The notes under the pieces were generated by a model that made no database searches, was not told where the DNA came from, and worked only from the letters and a program-made list of their open reading frames with translations. DNA of 64,000 nt from Octopus vulgaris. Taxonomy: Eukaryota. The stretch covers positions 93,682,001 through 93,746,000 of the forward strand of contig OX597821.1 in NCBI GenBank assembly GCA_951406725.2. Reading direction: 5' to 3'. The position numbers were made by a program, and so were the translations under genes. The stretch's first letter is position 1, and each line of letters starts with the position of its first letter. This document shows positions 1 to 12,689 of the stretch, in pieces.

Positions 1-255
1 GGCACGTAAAACACACCAATCCGACCGTGGCCGTTGCCAGCCTCGCCTGGCACCTGTGCAGGTGGCACGTAAAAAGCACCCACTACACTCACGAAGTGGT
101 TGGCGTTAGGAAAGGCATCCAGCTGTAGAAACATTACCAGATAAGACTGGAGCCTGGTGCAGCCTTCTGGCTTCCCAGATCCCCGGTCGAACCGTCCAAC
201 CCATGCTAGCATGGAGAACAGACGTAAAACGATGATGATGATGATGATGATGATG
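1..255 (+). mobile_element. RTE-LINE 3' end or RTE-tailed SINE ending in (GAT)n
   Basis: GGCACGTAAAAAGCACCCACTACACTC...GGCATCCAGCTGTAGAAAC...CCAACCCATGCTAGCATGGA...(GAT)n. A near-identical copy lies at 28855-29050, and the same tail follows RTE coding sequence at 18620-19005. Confidence 0.8.
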
Positions 256-324
256 TATATATGCATATATATATATATATATTTGCATATATATATATAT
301 ATGCATATCTATGTGTATGGATCT

Positions 325-560
325 TTACGTCTGTGTGTTTGTCCCCTACTATTGCTTGACATCTGGTGTTGGTGTGTTTACATCTCTATAAATTAGTGGC
401 TTGGCAAAAAGAAATCGATAGAATAAATACCAGACTTTGAAACAAATGTACTGGGCAAGGTTGGGGGTGGGGCGAAGGTGGTTCGTTTTTATTCGACTAA
501 AAATTCTTGGAGGTAGTGTCCCAGCATGACTGCAGTCTAATGACTGAACCAAGTAAACGC
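325..560 (+). mobile_element. 3' half of tRNA-derived CORE-like SINE (diverged)
   Basis: GTTTGTCCCC...GATAGAATAA...CCAGCATGACTGCAGTCTAATGACTGAACCAAGTAAA matches the 3' half of the copy at 12259-12689. Confidence 0.7.
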
Positions 561-704
561 AAAAAGGCACCAGCTTCATATGTAAGTATAATCAGTTGTT
601 CTGCTATATATATATTTGTATTTATGTGCCCATCTGATATATTCAACTGATGAAGGCAGAGCTTATTTGAAGCGAACCTAGCAATGTTCTTTTATTCCTT
701 TCCT

Positions 705-1076
705 TTCTTCTCTAGGCACAAGGCCCGAAATTTGTGGGGAGGGGGCCAGTTGATTAGATTGGTCCAAGTACGCAACTGGTACTTAATTTATCGTCCCCGA
801 AAGGATGAAAGGCAAAGTTGACTTTGGTGGAATTTGAACTCAGAACGTAAAGATAGACAAAATACTAAGTATTTTGCCCTTCGTGCTAACAATTCTGCCA
901 GCTTGTCACCTTAAATATTCTATTCTTCTCTAGGAACAAGGCCTGAAGATTTTAGGGAGGGGGCCAGTCGATTAGATTACCCCCAGTATGCAACTGGTAC
1001 TTAATTTATCGGCCCCATAAGGATGAAAGACAAAGTTGACCTCGGTGGAATTTGAAGTCAGAACATAAAGACAGAT
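705..1076 (-). mobile_element. Two tandem Deu/Nin-domain SINE copies
   Basis: Two consecutive copies of TCTAGG(C/A)ACAAGGCC...CAACTGGTACTTAATTTATCG...AAGGATGAAAG(G/A)CAAAGTTGAC...GGAATTTGAA, the reverse complement of a Nin/Deu-like core. Confidence 0.8.
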
Positions 1077-1367
1077 TCTTTTGTTCTTTTACTTGCTACA
1101 GTGGCCATGCTTCCATGTTCTTGTGTGATCCCTTTGTACATAAAAGTGAGTGCTTGCAATTTTCCAGCTCTTGTCAAACTGCCCAACACATGCTAGCATA
1201 GAAAATGGATGTTTTATAATGATGATGAGGAGGAGGAGGATGATGATGATATAATCAGTGATTTTGCTTTTTTAAGATAGAGCTGTATTTAAAGATGATT
1301 ATGTACTTGCCCAAAATATGGTCTCCAGTTCAAAGGAAATTCCACTTACATATATATATATATACAC

Positions 1368-1580
1368 TTTTCTACTCTAGGCACAAGGCCTGAAATTTTG
1401 GGGTAGAGGGCCAGTCGATTACATCAATCCCAGAATGCAACTGGTACTTAATTTATCAACCCTGAAAGGATGAAAGACAAAGTCGACCTTGGCGGAATTT
1501 GAACTCAGAATGTAGTGGCAGACGAAACACCACTAAGCATTTCATCCAGCATGCTAACGTTTCTGCCAGCATGCTGCCTT
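1368..1580 (-). mobile_element. Deu/Nin-domain SINE, near full length
   Basis: Same core as 705-1076, plus the tRNA-like head (reverse complement AAGGCAGCATGCTGGCAGAAACGTTAGC...CTGAGTTCAAATTCC). Confidence 0.8.
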
Positions 1581-1974
1581 TATATATATATACACATATA
1601 TACAAGTATATATATATGTATATATATCTATATATATCTATATATATATATATATATATATATATGAGCCAAAGTTAAATGAAACCGGGAATAAAATATT
1701 AGATTAGATTTACGATAAAAGTTCTGAATCTATTGCTTTTTTCACATTGAATATATTGTCGACACCTGTAGGTTAAAATGCCATTTATGTCTTTTGTTTC
1801 GATAAAGATTTTGTATTATTTTCTTTTGTTTTGTTGTGTGTTTTTTTTTTTTTTTTAATAAGAGCGATGCTTAATCAAAGAACATTCACTGAAAAACAGA
1901 AATGCAGTTGGGTGTGTATGCCCGATACATTTTTGCTTAGCCTCAAAGAACTGGAAAAGACACATAATTTTAGT

Positions 1975-2356
1975 TAAGATGATGATGTTGATGATGACGA
2001 TGATGATGACAATGACGACGACGATGAGGATGATAGTGGTGATGGGGGTGGTGGTGGTGATGATGGGGGAGGCGTGTATGAGGAGGAGAAGGAGAAGGAG
2101 AAGGAGGAGGAGAAGGAGAAGAAGGAGAAGAAGAAGATGAAGAAAAAGATGAAGAAGAAGAAGAAAAAGAAGACGACGAAGAAGAAGCAGAAGACGACGA
2201 AGAAGATGAAGAAGAAGAAAAAGAAGACGATGAAGAAGAAGAAGAAGAAGAAGAAGAAGAAGAAGAAGAAGAAGAAGATGAAGAGGAAGAAGAAGAAGAA
2301 GATGAAGAAGAAGAAGAAGAAGAAGAAGAAGAAGAAGAAGAAGAAGAAGAAGAAGG
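1975..2356. repeat. Compound (GAT)n/(GGT)n/(GAA)n microsatellite
   Basis: Read directly; the GAG/GAA purine tract runs about 270 bp. Confidence 0.95.
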
Positions 2357-2554
2357 TGTTTTCATAATAATGGTAATAATTTTCTATGTACATCATAAAT
2401 GTACGTCAAATCAACAAAACTACACACATCTAGGGTACGCAGAAGTTGCGCCTGCTGGTGCAAGGGAAAACCTGCAATTGAATGCGTTCTTTGAGATGAT
2501 TTTAATAATAAAAGTAGAAGAAGCAGTAGCACGGTAGAAGCAACAGTAGTAGCT

Positions 2555-2581
2555 GCAATAACAATAATGATAATAACAATG

Positions 2582-2639
<58 letters not shown>

Positions 2640-2716
2640 TAATAATAATAATAATAATAACAATAATAATAATAATAATAATAATATTAATAATAATAAT
2701 GATGATGATGATAATG

Positions 2717-2756
<40 letters not shown>

Positions 2757-2797
2757 TAATAATAATAATGATGATGATGATGATGATGATAATGATG

Positions 2798-2837
<40 letters not shown>

Positions 2838-2872
2838 TGATAATAATGATAATAATAATGATAATAATAATG

Positions 2873-2916
<44 letters not shown>

Positions 2917-2970
2917 GATGATGATGATGATGATGATAATAATAATAATAATAATGATAATAATAATAAG
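2555..2970. repeat. (AAT)n/(GAT)n microsatellite
   Basis: Read directly; source of the poly-I and poly-L ORFs. Confidence 0.95.
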
Positions 2971-3156
2971 GGTAATGCAAACAAAAACATTTGAAATACT
3001 GGCAACAATAATTCTTTGAAATGTTAATAATGAAAGCAAGGGAATATTTTATTAATAAAATCATAACTTTAGAATTTGACAATAAACTACTTAGGTGTGC
3101 CATATATTCACACATGTGTGCATATATACATATATATATATATACATATATATATA

Positions 3157-3206
<50 letters not shown>

Positions 3207-3217
3207 GTATGTATATG

Positions 3218-3253
<36 letters not shown>

Positions 3254-3845
3254 CACACACACATGTATTAACTATGAAATATTATTAAATGTTTCTAAAT
3301 ATAATTGATATATGCTGTTATTTCTTCTTCTTGTTATTCGCTCTTTGCGCTGAGAAATCTCCAAGGAGGGGATGGTACATCGTTAGTTTCTCAAGTTATT
3401 CAATTTCCTTTCACGTGAACACACACACACATATATATGCATGCACATACACACACACACACGACATACAAGATGTGTGAGGCACATCTTAGTTACACAG
3501 AACAGAAAATAAGAAATATAAAATCATTGGGTTCGGAATCTGCTTGGAACTTGTTAGATTAATCAATTTATTGATTCACTGATTAACTGATTGATTGATT
3601 GATTTATTGCACTATCTATTGATAATTTCTAATCCAGTTGCCATATATAGTTCATTCCTATTCTTGGCTCTAAATATGAATAATTCTTACTAGGGCTTTT
3701 TTTTTTCTCTTCTTTTATTTTTCCCTTTTTATTGATAATATTTTCTTACCACTTCTTGCTCTAAATTTAGTGATGGGTTATTGTCTTTTGTTTATTTTTT
3801 GTTTATTGTTTTGTTTTGTTTTCGGGGGAAGTTGTTGATGAGATG

Positions 3846-3927
<82 letters not shown>

Positions 3928-4215
3928 GAGTACTTGTAGAGAAAATTAATTTCTCTTACTGATTATCTTTTTGATCAACCAAAGTGAGAATGAAAGGAAA
4001 AGATGATTGTAAGTTAGCAGGTGCTTTGGTAAGGACAGGAGGAGGAGGAGAAGAAGAAGAAAGAAGAAGAAGAAGAAGACAAAAGGTTTTGTCATTTAAG
4101 AAATTCACTCTCTTATGTAATAATAGTTACAATGAACTCATAATGGCATATATATTGTAAACAATTTATTTTGTTGTTGCACAACTTTAGATCAATATAT
4201 AAATAGAGATAGATA

Positions 4216-4372
4216 AGTTTCTTTATTGGCCACACAGGTCTGCACACAGATGGGACAAGTTACAAGGTAGAGCTTTTCTTTTGGGGGATGAAAAAAACAA
4301 AAAACAAAAGAAACAAAAAAAGGTGGCGTAGGTTTTCGATCAAAAGGGATCGTAAAAGGGAAAAAAAGAACA
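4216..4372 (-). mobile_element. 3' end of non-LTR retroelement (Tx1/L1-like) within (GATA)n, copy 1
   Basis: Minus strand reads ...TACGATCCCTTTTGATCGAAAACCTACGCCACC...CCTTGTAACTTGTCCCATCTGTGTGCAG..CTGTGTGGCCAATAAAGAAACT then (TATC)n. Three copies in the window. The clade is inferred. Confidence 0.6.
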
Positions 4373-4394
4373 AAAAATAAAAATAAAAATAAAT

Positions 4395-4399
4395 AATAG

Positions 4400-4431
<32 letters not shown>

Positions 4432-5036
4432 GGACGGACAGATAGATGGATGGACAGAAAGACAGACAGATGGACGGACAGACTGACCGACCGACCGACA
4501 GACGGATGGATGGATGGACGGACGGACGGACAGACAGACAGGCAGAGAGACAGATAGACGGATAGATGGACGGACAGACAGACCGACCGACAGATGGATG
4601 AATGGACGGATGGATGGATGGACAGATCGACAAATGGGCAGACAGACAAATGAATGAATGGATCAATAGATGGATGGATGGATGGATGGACAGACCGATG
4701 AACAACCAATCATTTGGACAAGCAGACAGACAAATGGTAGGTAGGTAGTTAGGTAGGGGGGTAGGTAGGTAGGTAGGTTGGTGGGTAGGTAGGTAAAAGT
4801 TTGGATTTTGGTTGGATGGATGGATTGGGTGGATTAACATGGTTGATAGATAGATAAGTTTCTTTATTGGCCACACAGGGCTGCACACAGATGGGACAAA
4901 TTACAAGGTAGAGCTTTTCTTTTGGGGGATGAAAAAAAAAAGTGGCGTAGGTTTTCGAGCAAAAGGGATCGTAAAAGGGAAAAAAGAAAAAAAAATAGAT
5001 AGATAGATAGGTAGGGAAGTAAGTAGGTAGGCAGAC

Positions 5037-5082
<46 letters not shown>

Positions 5083-5357
5083 GGAAGTAAGTAGGTAGGC
5101 AGATAGACAGATAGGTAGATAAATTGATTGATTGAGTGATTGAGTGATTGATTGATAGGTAGGTAGGTAGGTAGGTAGGTAGGTAGGTAGAGAGGTACAG
5201 ACAGACAGACAGACAGATATATAGATAGATAGATAGATAGATAGATAGGTAGGGAAGTAAGTAGGTAGGCAGATAGACAGATAGATAGATAAATTGATTG
5301 ATTGAGTGATTGAGTGATTGATTGATAGGTAGGTAGGTAGGTAGGTAGGTAGAGAGG

Positions 5358-5401
<44 letters not shown>

Positions 5402-5491
5402 TAGATAGATAGATAGATAGATAGCAAAGTAGATAGACTAATAAAATGATGGTAGAAGAAAGTCAAGAGAAAACAAGAAGTGAGCTAAGCA

Positions 5492-5524
<33 letters not shown>

Positions 5525-5525
5525 G
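4395..5525. repeat. Compound tetranucleotide field (GATA/GACA/GGAT/GGTA/GATT) with an internal ~170-bp duplication
   Basis: Read directly. The block AGGGAAGTAAGTAGG...AAATTGATTGATTGAGTG...AGAGGTA occurs at about 5080 and about 5250. Confidence 0.9.
4857..4995 (-). mobile_element. Same retroelement 3' end within (GATA)n, copy 2
   Basis: Same sequence as 4216-4372 with a few substitutions; GATA repeats on both sides. Confidence 0.6.
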
Positions 5526-5737
5526 AGAAAGTGAAAAACTTAAGTGAAGTTAGAAAGAAGGAAGGACTTAACCACAAGGCAATAACTGTCCATATTTACA
5601 GAATGTTATCCCACAAATAATTCTTCTAAATCCGTCCCAAGATCTGTTGCTGATTAAACAATCTCCTCAGCCTCACCTTCGGCTGCTTACAATTTCACTT
5701 TCCTCTTTCTTTTCTCCTCTCAGGTTTTAATTTTCAT

Positions 5738-5772
<35 letters not shown>

Positions 5773-5997
5773 TTGTTCTATTTATTTATTCATTTATCTA
5801 TTTATCTATTTATTCATTTGTTTGTTTGTTTAATTTCGTCCTTTTGTTTTGTCTTTTGTTTTCGTTTTTTTTTTTTTGTTTCCTTTTATTCCATTCCATT
5901 CTACTTCATTTCTAATGCATCAGTAATTTCAATTAGAAACACAGAAGCTGGTATTGAAAAAGAACTTTCATTTACTGGTGTCAGTCTGCTGAAATAT

Positions 5998-6098
<101 letters not shown>

Positions 6099-6245
6099 GC
6101 ATACACACTCACACACACACTCACAAACACACATACATCTTCCACTTCTACCTCAAATAGAAGAATATGTTGCATTGAATATGTACCAATTTTCTTAATA
6201 TCTTATGATCTAATTTTAGTCAGGCAAAACCTACGAAGGTAGCAA

Positions 6246-6277
<32 letters not shown>

Positions 6278-6699
6278 TTGCACTTGTATATCTGCATGTA
6301 TGCATATATGAGTATATATGAGTGTGTGTGTGTGTGTGTGTGTATCTGTAATGTATGTGTGCTGTTAGTTATTAATAATTTCTTTATCTATTGTTTTGTT
6401 TTGCTGTTGCTGTTGTTGTTGTTGTTGCTGTTGTTGTCATTTTATGCTTTGTTTCGTTCTTGTTTAACTTTTCCACAAAGCTATTGATTACTTGCAAATG
6501 GTTATATTCTTGTTTTGTTTCTTGAAATACCAAGAAACAAACTGTAAAAGCAACACGATTCTCTCAGAAATAGAAAGCATTTGGATATAAAGCGCCACCG
6601 TCTTCACATCACCTCCACCAATCACTACCAGCATGGCCACCAACAACACCACCAATATTACCAGCACCACCACTGACTCCAAACACCAATGCCATCAAC

Positions 6700-7150
6700 A
6701 CCACCACCACCAACACCAACACCGACACAACCATTATGACCAACACTACCACCACCACCAATACCAACACCGACACAACCATTATGACCAACACTACCAC
6801 CACCACCAATACCAACACCAACACCAACACAACCATTATGACCAACACTACCACCAACACTAATGCCACCAACACCACCATCATCATTATATGACTCCAC
6901 CATTAACATACGACTCCACCACTAACATACGACTCCACCTCCAGCATACAATTCCACCACCAACATGACTCTACCACCACCACCATATGACTCCACCATC
7001 AACATACAATTCCACCAACATATGACTCTACAACCACCACCATATGACTCTACCACCATTACCATACGACTCCACCACCAACATTTGACTCCACCGCTAA
7101 CATATGACTCTTCCTCCAACATACGATTCCACCGCCAACATACAATTCCA
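6700..7150. repeat. Two C/A-rich minisatellites
   Basis: Three copies of CACAACCATTATGACCAACACTACCACC (48-54 bp period, 6726-6855), then repeated ATA(T/C)GACTC(C/T)ACCACC units (6890-7150). Confidence 0.85.
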
Positions 7151-7655
7151 CCACCATCATCAATAAGCTACCAATAACAGAATCTTCACCTACACCATCA
7201 TCATTGCCTCACCATTAGAAAAAGTACCACTGCTACCCTGCCACCACCAGTACCATCACCACCACACCACTACTGCCCTCACCTCTACCGCCCTCACCAC
7301 CACCACCTCCACTTTCATGTACCCTATGCCAATACAACCACTGCCATACACCACCTCCACCATATGCTATAAACACCTGGCCACCATCACCACCACACTC
7401 ACCATCACCACTACCACCCTCACCTTCACCACCACCTGCACCATCACTACTATTACTACTACCACTATTATCACCACCATCACCACCAGCACCATCACCA
7501 TCACCAACAGGACCCTCACAATCACTATCACCACCACCAGAACCACCTGGCCACCAATGCCCACCACCATCATCACCAGTACAACGTTCACCATCACCAC
7601 CACCATCGTCCTTACGATACATCAAGCACACCATCATCTTCAATATCACCACCAC

Positions 7656-8510
7656 CATAACCACCTGGCCACCAATACACCACCACCACCACCACCACCA
7701 CCACCACCATAACCACCTGGCCACCAATACACCACCACCACCATCACCATAACCACCTGGCCACTAATACAGTACCACCACCACCACTGCCGCTATAACC
7801 ACCTGGCCACCAATACACTACAACCACCACCACCACCACCACCACTGCACCACCCATCACCACCTGGCCACCAATACACTACCACCACCACCACCACCGC
7901 CACCATAACCACCTGGCCACCAATACACCTCCACCACCTCCACCATAACCACCTGGCCACCAATACACCTCCACCACCACCACCACCACCATCACCATAA
8001 CCACCTGGCCGCAAATACCACCACCACCACCACCACCACCACCATAACCATAACCACCTGGCCACCAATACACTACCACCACCACCACCACCACCACACC
8101 ATAACCACCTGGCCACCAATACACTACCACCACCACCACCACTACCACCACCACCACCGCCATAACCACCTGGCCACCAATACACCACCACCACCACCAC
8201 CACCACCATCACCACCTGGCCACCAATACACTACCACCACCACCACCACCATCACCATAACCACCTGGCCACCAATACACTACCACCACCACCACCACCG
8301 CCGCTGCCATAACCACCTGGCCACCAATACACTACCACCACCACCACCACTACCACCACCACCACCGCCATAACCACCTGGCCACCAATACACCACCACC
8401 ACCACCACCACCACCACCATCACCATCACCACCTGGCCACCAATACACTACCACCACCACCACCACCACCATCACCATAACCACCTGGCCACCAATACAC
8501 TACCACCACC
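7656..8510. repeat. Minisatellite: 17 copies of a 25-nt core separated by variable (ACC)n
   Basis: Core CATAACCACCTGGCCACCAATACAC counted 17 times, with degenerate copies near 7372 and 7541. Confidence 0.95.
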
Positions 8511-8806
8511 ACCATCATCCTTACCGTACCAGCACCCTTACCACCATCATCTTCAATGGCAATGCCACCTTCGCCACCATCAGCCATGAGCAATAGAGAG
8601 CCGATAAAAGGAAGCAATAGCATTTCGTTTAATGACATTCTTTTTAACAAACGAATCTATTTTGAAGGAACGTTTATTGGATATCATTCAGTGAAATGGC
8701 CAATCGATAGCGTTAGTTCTTTACATCATCGGTATTGGACGTACAATATTGACTATAATATTTGATATTCGTTCAACAGAAAACAAGACAAAAACAACAA
8801 CGCAAA

Positions 8807-8837
<31 letters not shown>

Positions 8838-8890
8838 ACAAACAAGCAAGCAAGAAGAATAGCAGCAACAGCAGCAGCAGTAGCAGCAGC

Positions 8891-9016
<126 letters not shown>

Positions 9017-9204
9017 GGTGGTGGTGGTGGTGGTGGTGTAACCATTAAACAGAGAAAATTCAAAGCAAAGTCTTAAAGAATTGATTTCGGTGCTGATAAC
9101 ATTTTGGCATTCAATAGGTTTGTTAAAGAAGAGAAAAGAGAAGCAAAAAAGAAAAAAAAAGGAAAAAAAAAGAAAAAGAATTAGAATAAAATAATCTCCA
9201 TGAT

Positions 9205-9278
<74 letters not shown>

Positions 9279-9697
9279 TGATGATGATAACGGTAATAAT
9301 AATATTATTAATAATAAGAGATTTCTTTTGAGTAATAACAGCAATAATAATAATAATAACAACAACAACAATACTTAATAATAATATATAATATATAAAA
9401 ATGGTAACAATTCCATTACAAATGAACACAAAGAGTGTATGAAGATCTTCACAAGGGTTTTTTTTTTAAATCTTGTTTATATCGGACAAAATCAGTTTTC
9501 AAACTGGGAAAGAAAAGAAGTGTGGTTATAGAATAGTTTCAATCTGTACACATGTATGTATGTATGTATGTATGTATGTATGTATGTATGTATGCATGTA
9601 TATGTATGTATGTATGTGTGTATGTATACATGCATGTGTCTGTCATGTGTGTTGCATGAATAGATAGATAGGTAGATAGGTAGATAAACAGATAAAC

Positions 9698-9759
<62 letters not shown>

Positions 9760-9805
9760 CCAGATAGTTAAATAGATAGATAGATAGATAGATAAACAGA
9801 TAAAC

Positions 9806-9852
<47 letters not shown>

Positions 9853-9871
9853 GATAGATAGATAGATAGTT

Positions 9872-10066
9872 AAGTTTCTTTATTGGCCACACAGGGCTAC
9901 ACACAGATGGGACAAGTTACAAGGTAGAGCTTTTCTTTTGGGGGAGAAAAAAAGAAAAAAGGTGGCGTAGGTTTTCGATCAAAAGGGATCGTAAAAGGGG
10001 AAAAAAAAGGAAAAGAAAAAACAAAAGAAAAAAAGAAAAAAAAGGGAAAAGAAAAAAAGAAAAAAA
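9872..10066 (-). mobile_element. Same retroelement 3' end within (GATA)n, copy 3
   Basis: Same sequence as the 4216 and 4857 copies, flanked on both sides by long (GATA)n. Confidence 0.6.
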
Positions 10067-10069
10067 GAC

Positions 10070-10147
<78 letters not shown>

Positions 10148-10689
10148 GGAGAGAAAGATTAATATGCAAGCAACATGCCTCTGCTTCTTTGTGTATATTA
10201 ACATGTGTTCATTTAATAAAACAGAAGCCACAAACTAAAATAAAGACCTCAGTACCAGTTTATGATATAATGGTGTATCATACATTTATTTATTAATGTT
10301 ATAACTACTGATTCAAGTGCCAACATTTCACTCTTTACTGAGTTTTTCAACATCATGGGCAAAACTCAATGAACAGTAAAATATTGGTATTTGTGCCAGT
10401 ACCTATAGTGGTAATAAACAGTGTGTGTGTGTGTGTGTGTAAAAATCTTGTGGCATCAGTGTGAAGAAAGGAAGTGAATACTGATTAATGCAAGAAAGCT
10501 TCTATCAACTTTTGTGAATACAACCTATTGGGAGGATTAAACCAGATCATTTTTCTATTTTTCTATTTTTGCTATTTGTTACGGATTATTCTATGTATTA
10601 CAGCATAGTGTTGAAGCCACTTCAAGCCATGACACTATCGTAGTTTGTGAACCGTTCAATAATACTTTAGATCAAAAAGTAGGTCAAAG

Positions 10690-10932
10690 GTCTTTCCCAA
10701 CCCATAGGCTCATAAGGCCAGTTTCCCAGATTCTTTGGTGTATATATTCCCCACCTGAATGGGATGCTTGTCCACCACAGGATTACTTATTTTGGACAGC
10801 TGAGTGGATTGAAACAATATGAAATAAAGTGTTTTGCTCAAAAGCACAACACATTACCTGATCCAGGAATTGAAACCACAATCTTACAATCATGATTGCA
10901 ACAATCTAACCCCTTAGCTATACGCCTCCACA
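10690..10932 (-). mobile_element. tRNA-derived SINE with V-domain-like core, inserted in the PLE
   Basis: Minus head GTGGAGGCGTATAGCTAAGGGGTTAG...GGTTTCAATTCC. The tail GGGAAACTGGCCTTATGAGCC is shared with 54638-54939. Confidence 0.7.
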
Positions 10933-12258
10933 ATAGTTTAGGCAGGCATCTGGTAATGTTGTCTAATATGTATGATCATGGGCAGGTGATTGTAGCTCCT
11001 ATTTATATGTATTGTTTTTAATTTTAATTTTGCAATACTGATGATGTTTGCTGATGTTTAGGTTGAATATTGCATCTAGGAGATTTACTACCTTTAGGCC
11101 TGTTTTTATCATAACTTTAAACCAAATACTTTAAAAGTTTTGATTACTGATCACTTTCTTTTTCACTTTGCCTATTCAATGTCATTCTGAGATACAGTGA
11201 GTCCATCATCTCTGTAAATTCTACTGTAATGTTATTGGATCTTGTTTCGTTTTACTCTATACATAGTATGTATAATCTGACTATATTCAAAATTCCTATT
11301 CCATCAAACCCACACAGGTATAAATCAACAAGTTCCATTCGCCACTTCTTGACCTACAAAGAATTGTCCAAATTTATGCATGCTTCTTTGCATTCATCAT
11401 CATTCTGATATCAGTGTTAGTTATGGCAGTATAAGTTCTGCTAAATTCTAATGCTTTCAGGAGAAGACTTTTTAAAATGGGTTGGAAGGAATCCACAATT
11501 TCATACTGAGTAAATCTGTTCTTGGATTTGTCTTAGATATTGATAAACCACTTGATAGTGGTACTGCTACAATTTCATCATCATAAGTTTGTTGTGTGTC
11601 TTACTTTTGTATTTATAGTATCTAAAATATGCTTATTGATTATCCATAGTTCACATTTTGTTAGATTAAAGTGTTTGTACTCTAGAGCAGTTGTGGGGTT
11701 GTCTATGTGGACCTTTAACAGTATGTAAAGGCTGCATAAGTTGAAATGTTCTATTCAATCTCTTATTTTCAAATAAGTCCCAAGAGTTTTTGAATTATCA
11801 TTTATTGTGCTTTATGAGTCTGGGTCTTTTCTTTTTTTGGTGCATTGGTTAAGTCATTTAATAACAATTTACTGTAAGTAATCTTGTGTAGTTCTTTTAA
11901 AGCATTTGGTTATTGTCAGCTTGTATGTAACTTAGATGTAACTTAGATATAACTTAGATTGGTTTCAGCCATTACCAGCCCAGGCTATGACTAACTCAAT
12001 AGCACCACCTGGAAAATTCTTGGGTGAATTGTAAACATGTATATATTACTTGAATTCATGAAGTGATAAATGCTTCTTTAGTATACTTGGAAAGTGTTTC
12101 CATGGGCATAACTAGATCATTTCTAATGTCCCCAAGTCCTTGTCATCTGAAGAGATCCAGTTGGATTTAAAGCTAAATTTATATTAGTGTCTCTGTCAAA
12201 GCATCCTTCTCTTTCATTTTTCTTAATATGTTTTTAGCTCTATTAGAAATTTTTAACA

Positions 12259-12689
12259 GGCGCAGGAGTGGCTGTGTGGTAAGTAGCTTGCTAACCAACC
12301 ACATGGTTCCGGGTTCAGTCCCACTGCGTGGCATCTTGGGCAAGTGTCTTCTGCTATAGCCCCAGGCCGACCAATGCCTTGTGAGTGGATTTGGTAGACG
12401 GAAACTGAAAGAAGCCTGTCATATATATGTATATATATGTATATATGTGTATGTGTGTGTGTGTTTGTGTGTGTGTGTTTGTCCCCCTAGCATTGCTTGA
12501 CAACCGATGCTGGTGTGTTTACGTCCCCGTCACTTAGCAGTTCGGCAAAAGAGACCGATAGAATAAGTACTACTAGGCTTACAAAGAATAAGTCCTGGGG
12601 TCGATTTGCTCAACTAAAGGCGGTGCTCCAGCATGGCTGCAGTCAAATGACTGAAACAAGTAAAAGAGTAAAAGAGAGAGTAAGAGAGT
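12259..12689 (+). mobile_element. Full-length tRNA-derived CORE-like SINE (octopus OR-type)
   Basis: A-box-like TGGCTGTGTGG, B-box-like GGTTCAGTCCC, CORE-like GTGGCATCTTGGGCAAGTG, internal TA/TG microsatellite and (GTAAAAGA)n tail. Many copies in the window. Confidence 0.9.

Noticed and set aside
640-685. Hammerhead core CTGATGA
   Set aside because: No convincing stem II, GAAA or stem I could be built.
2445-2465. CTCF-like site CACCAGCAGGCGC
   Set aside because: Mismatches at core positions; a single weak match.
7656-8510. CRISPR array
   Set aside because: The spacers are all (ACC)n rather than unique sequences, there are no cas genes, and the context is eukaryotic.
12259-12330. tRNA genes
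   Set aside because: The A/B boxes belong to SINE heads that continue into SINE bodies; there is no complete cloverleaf.
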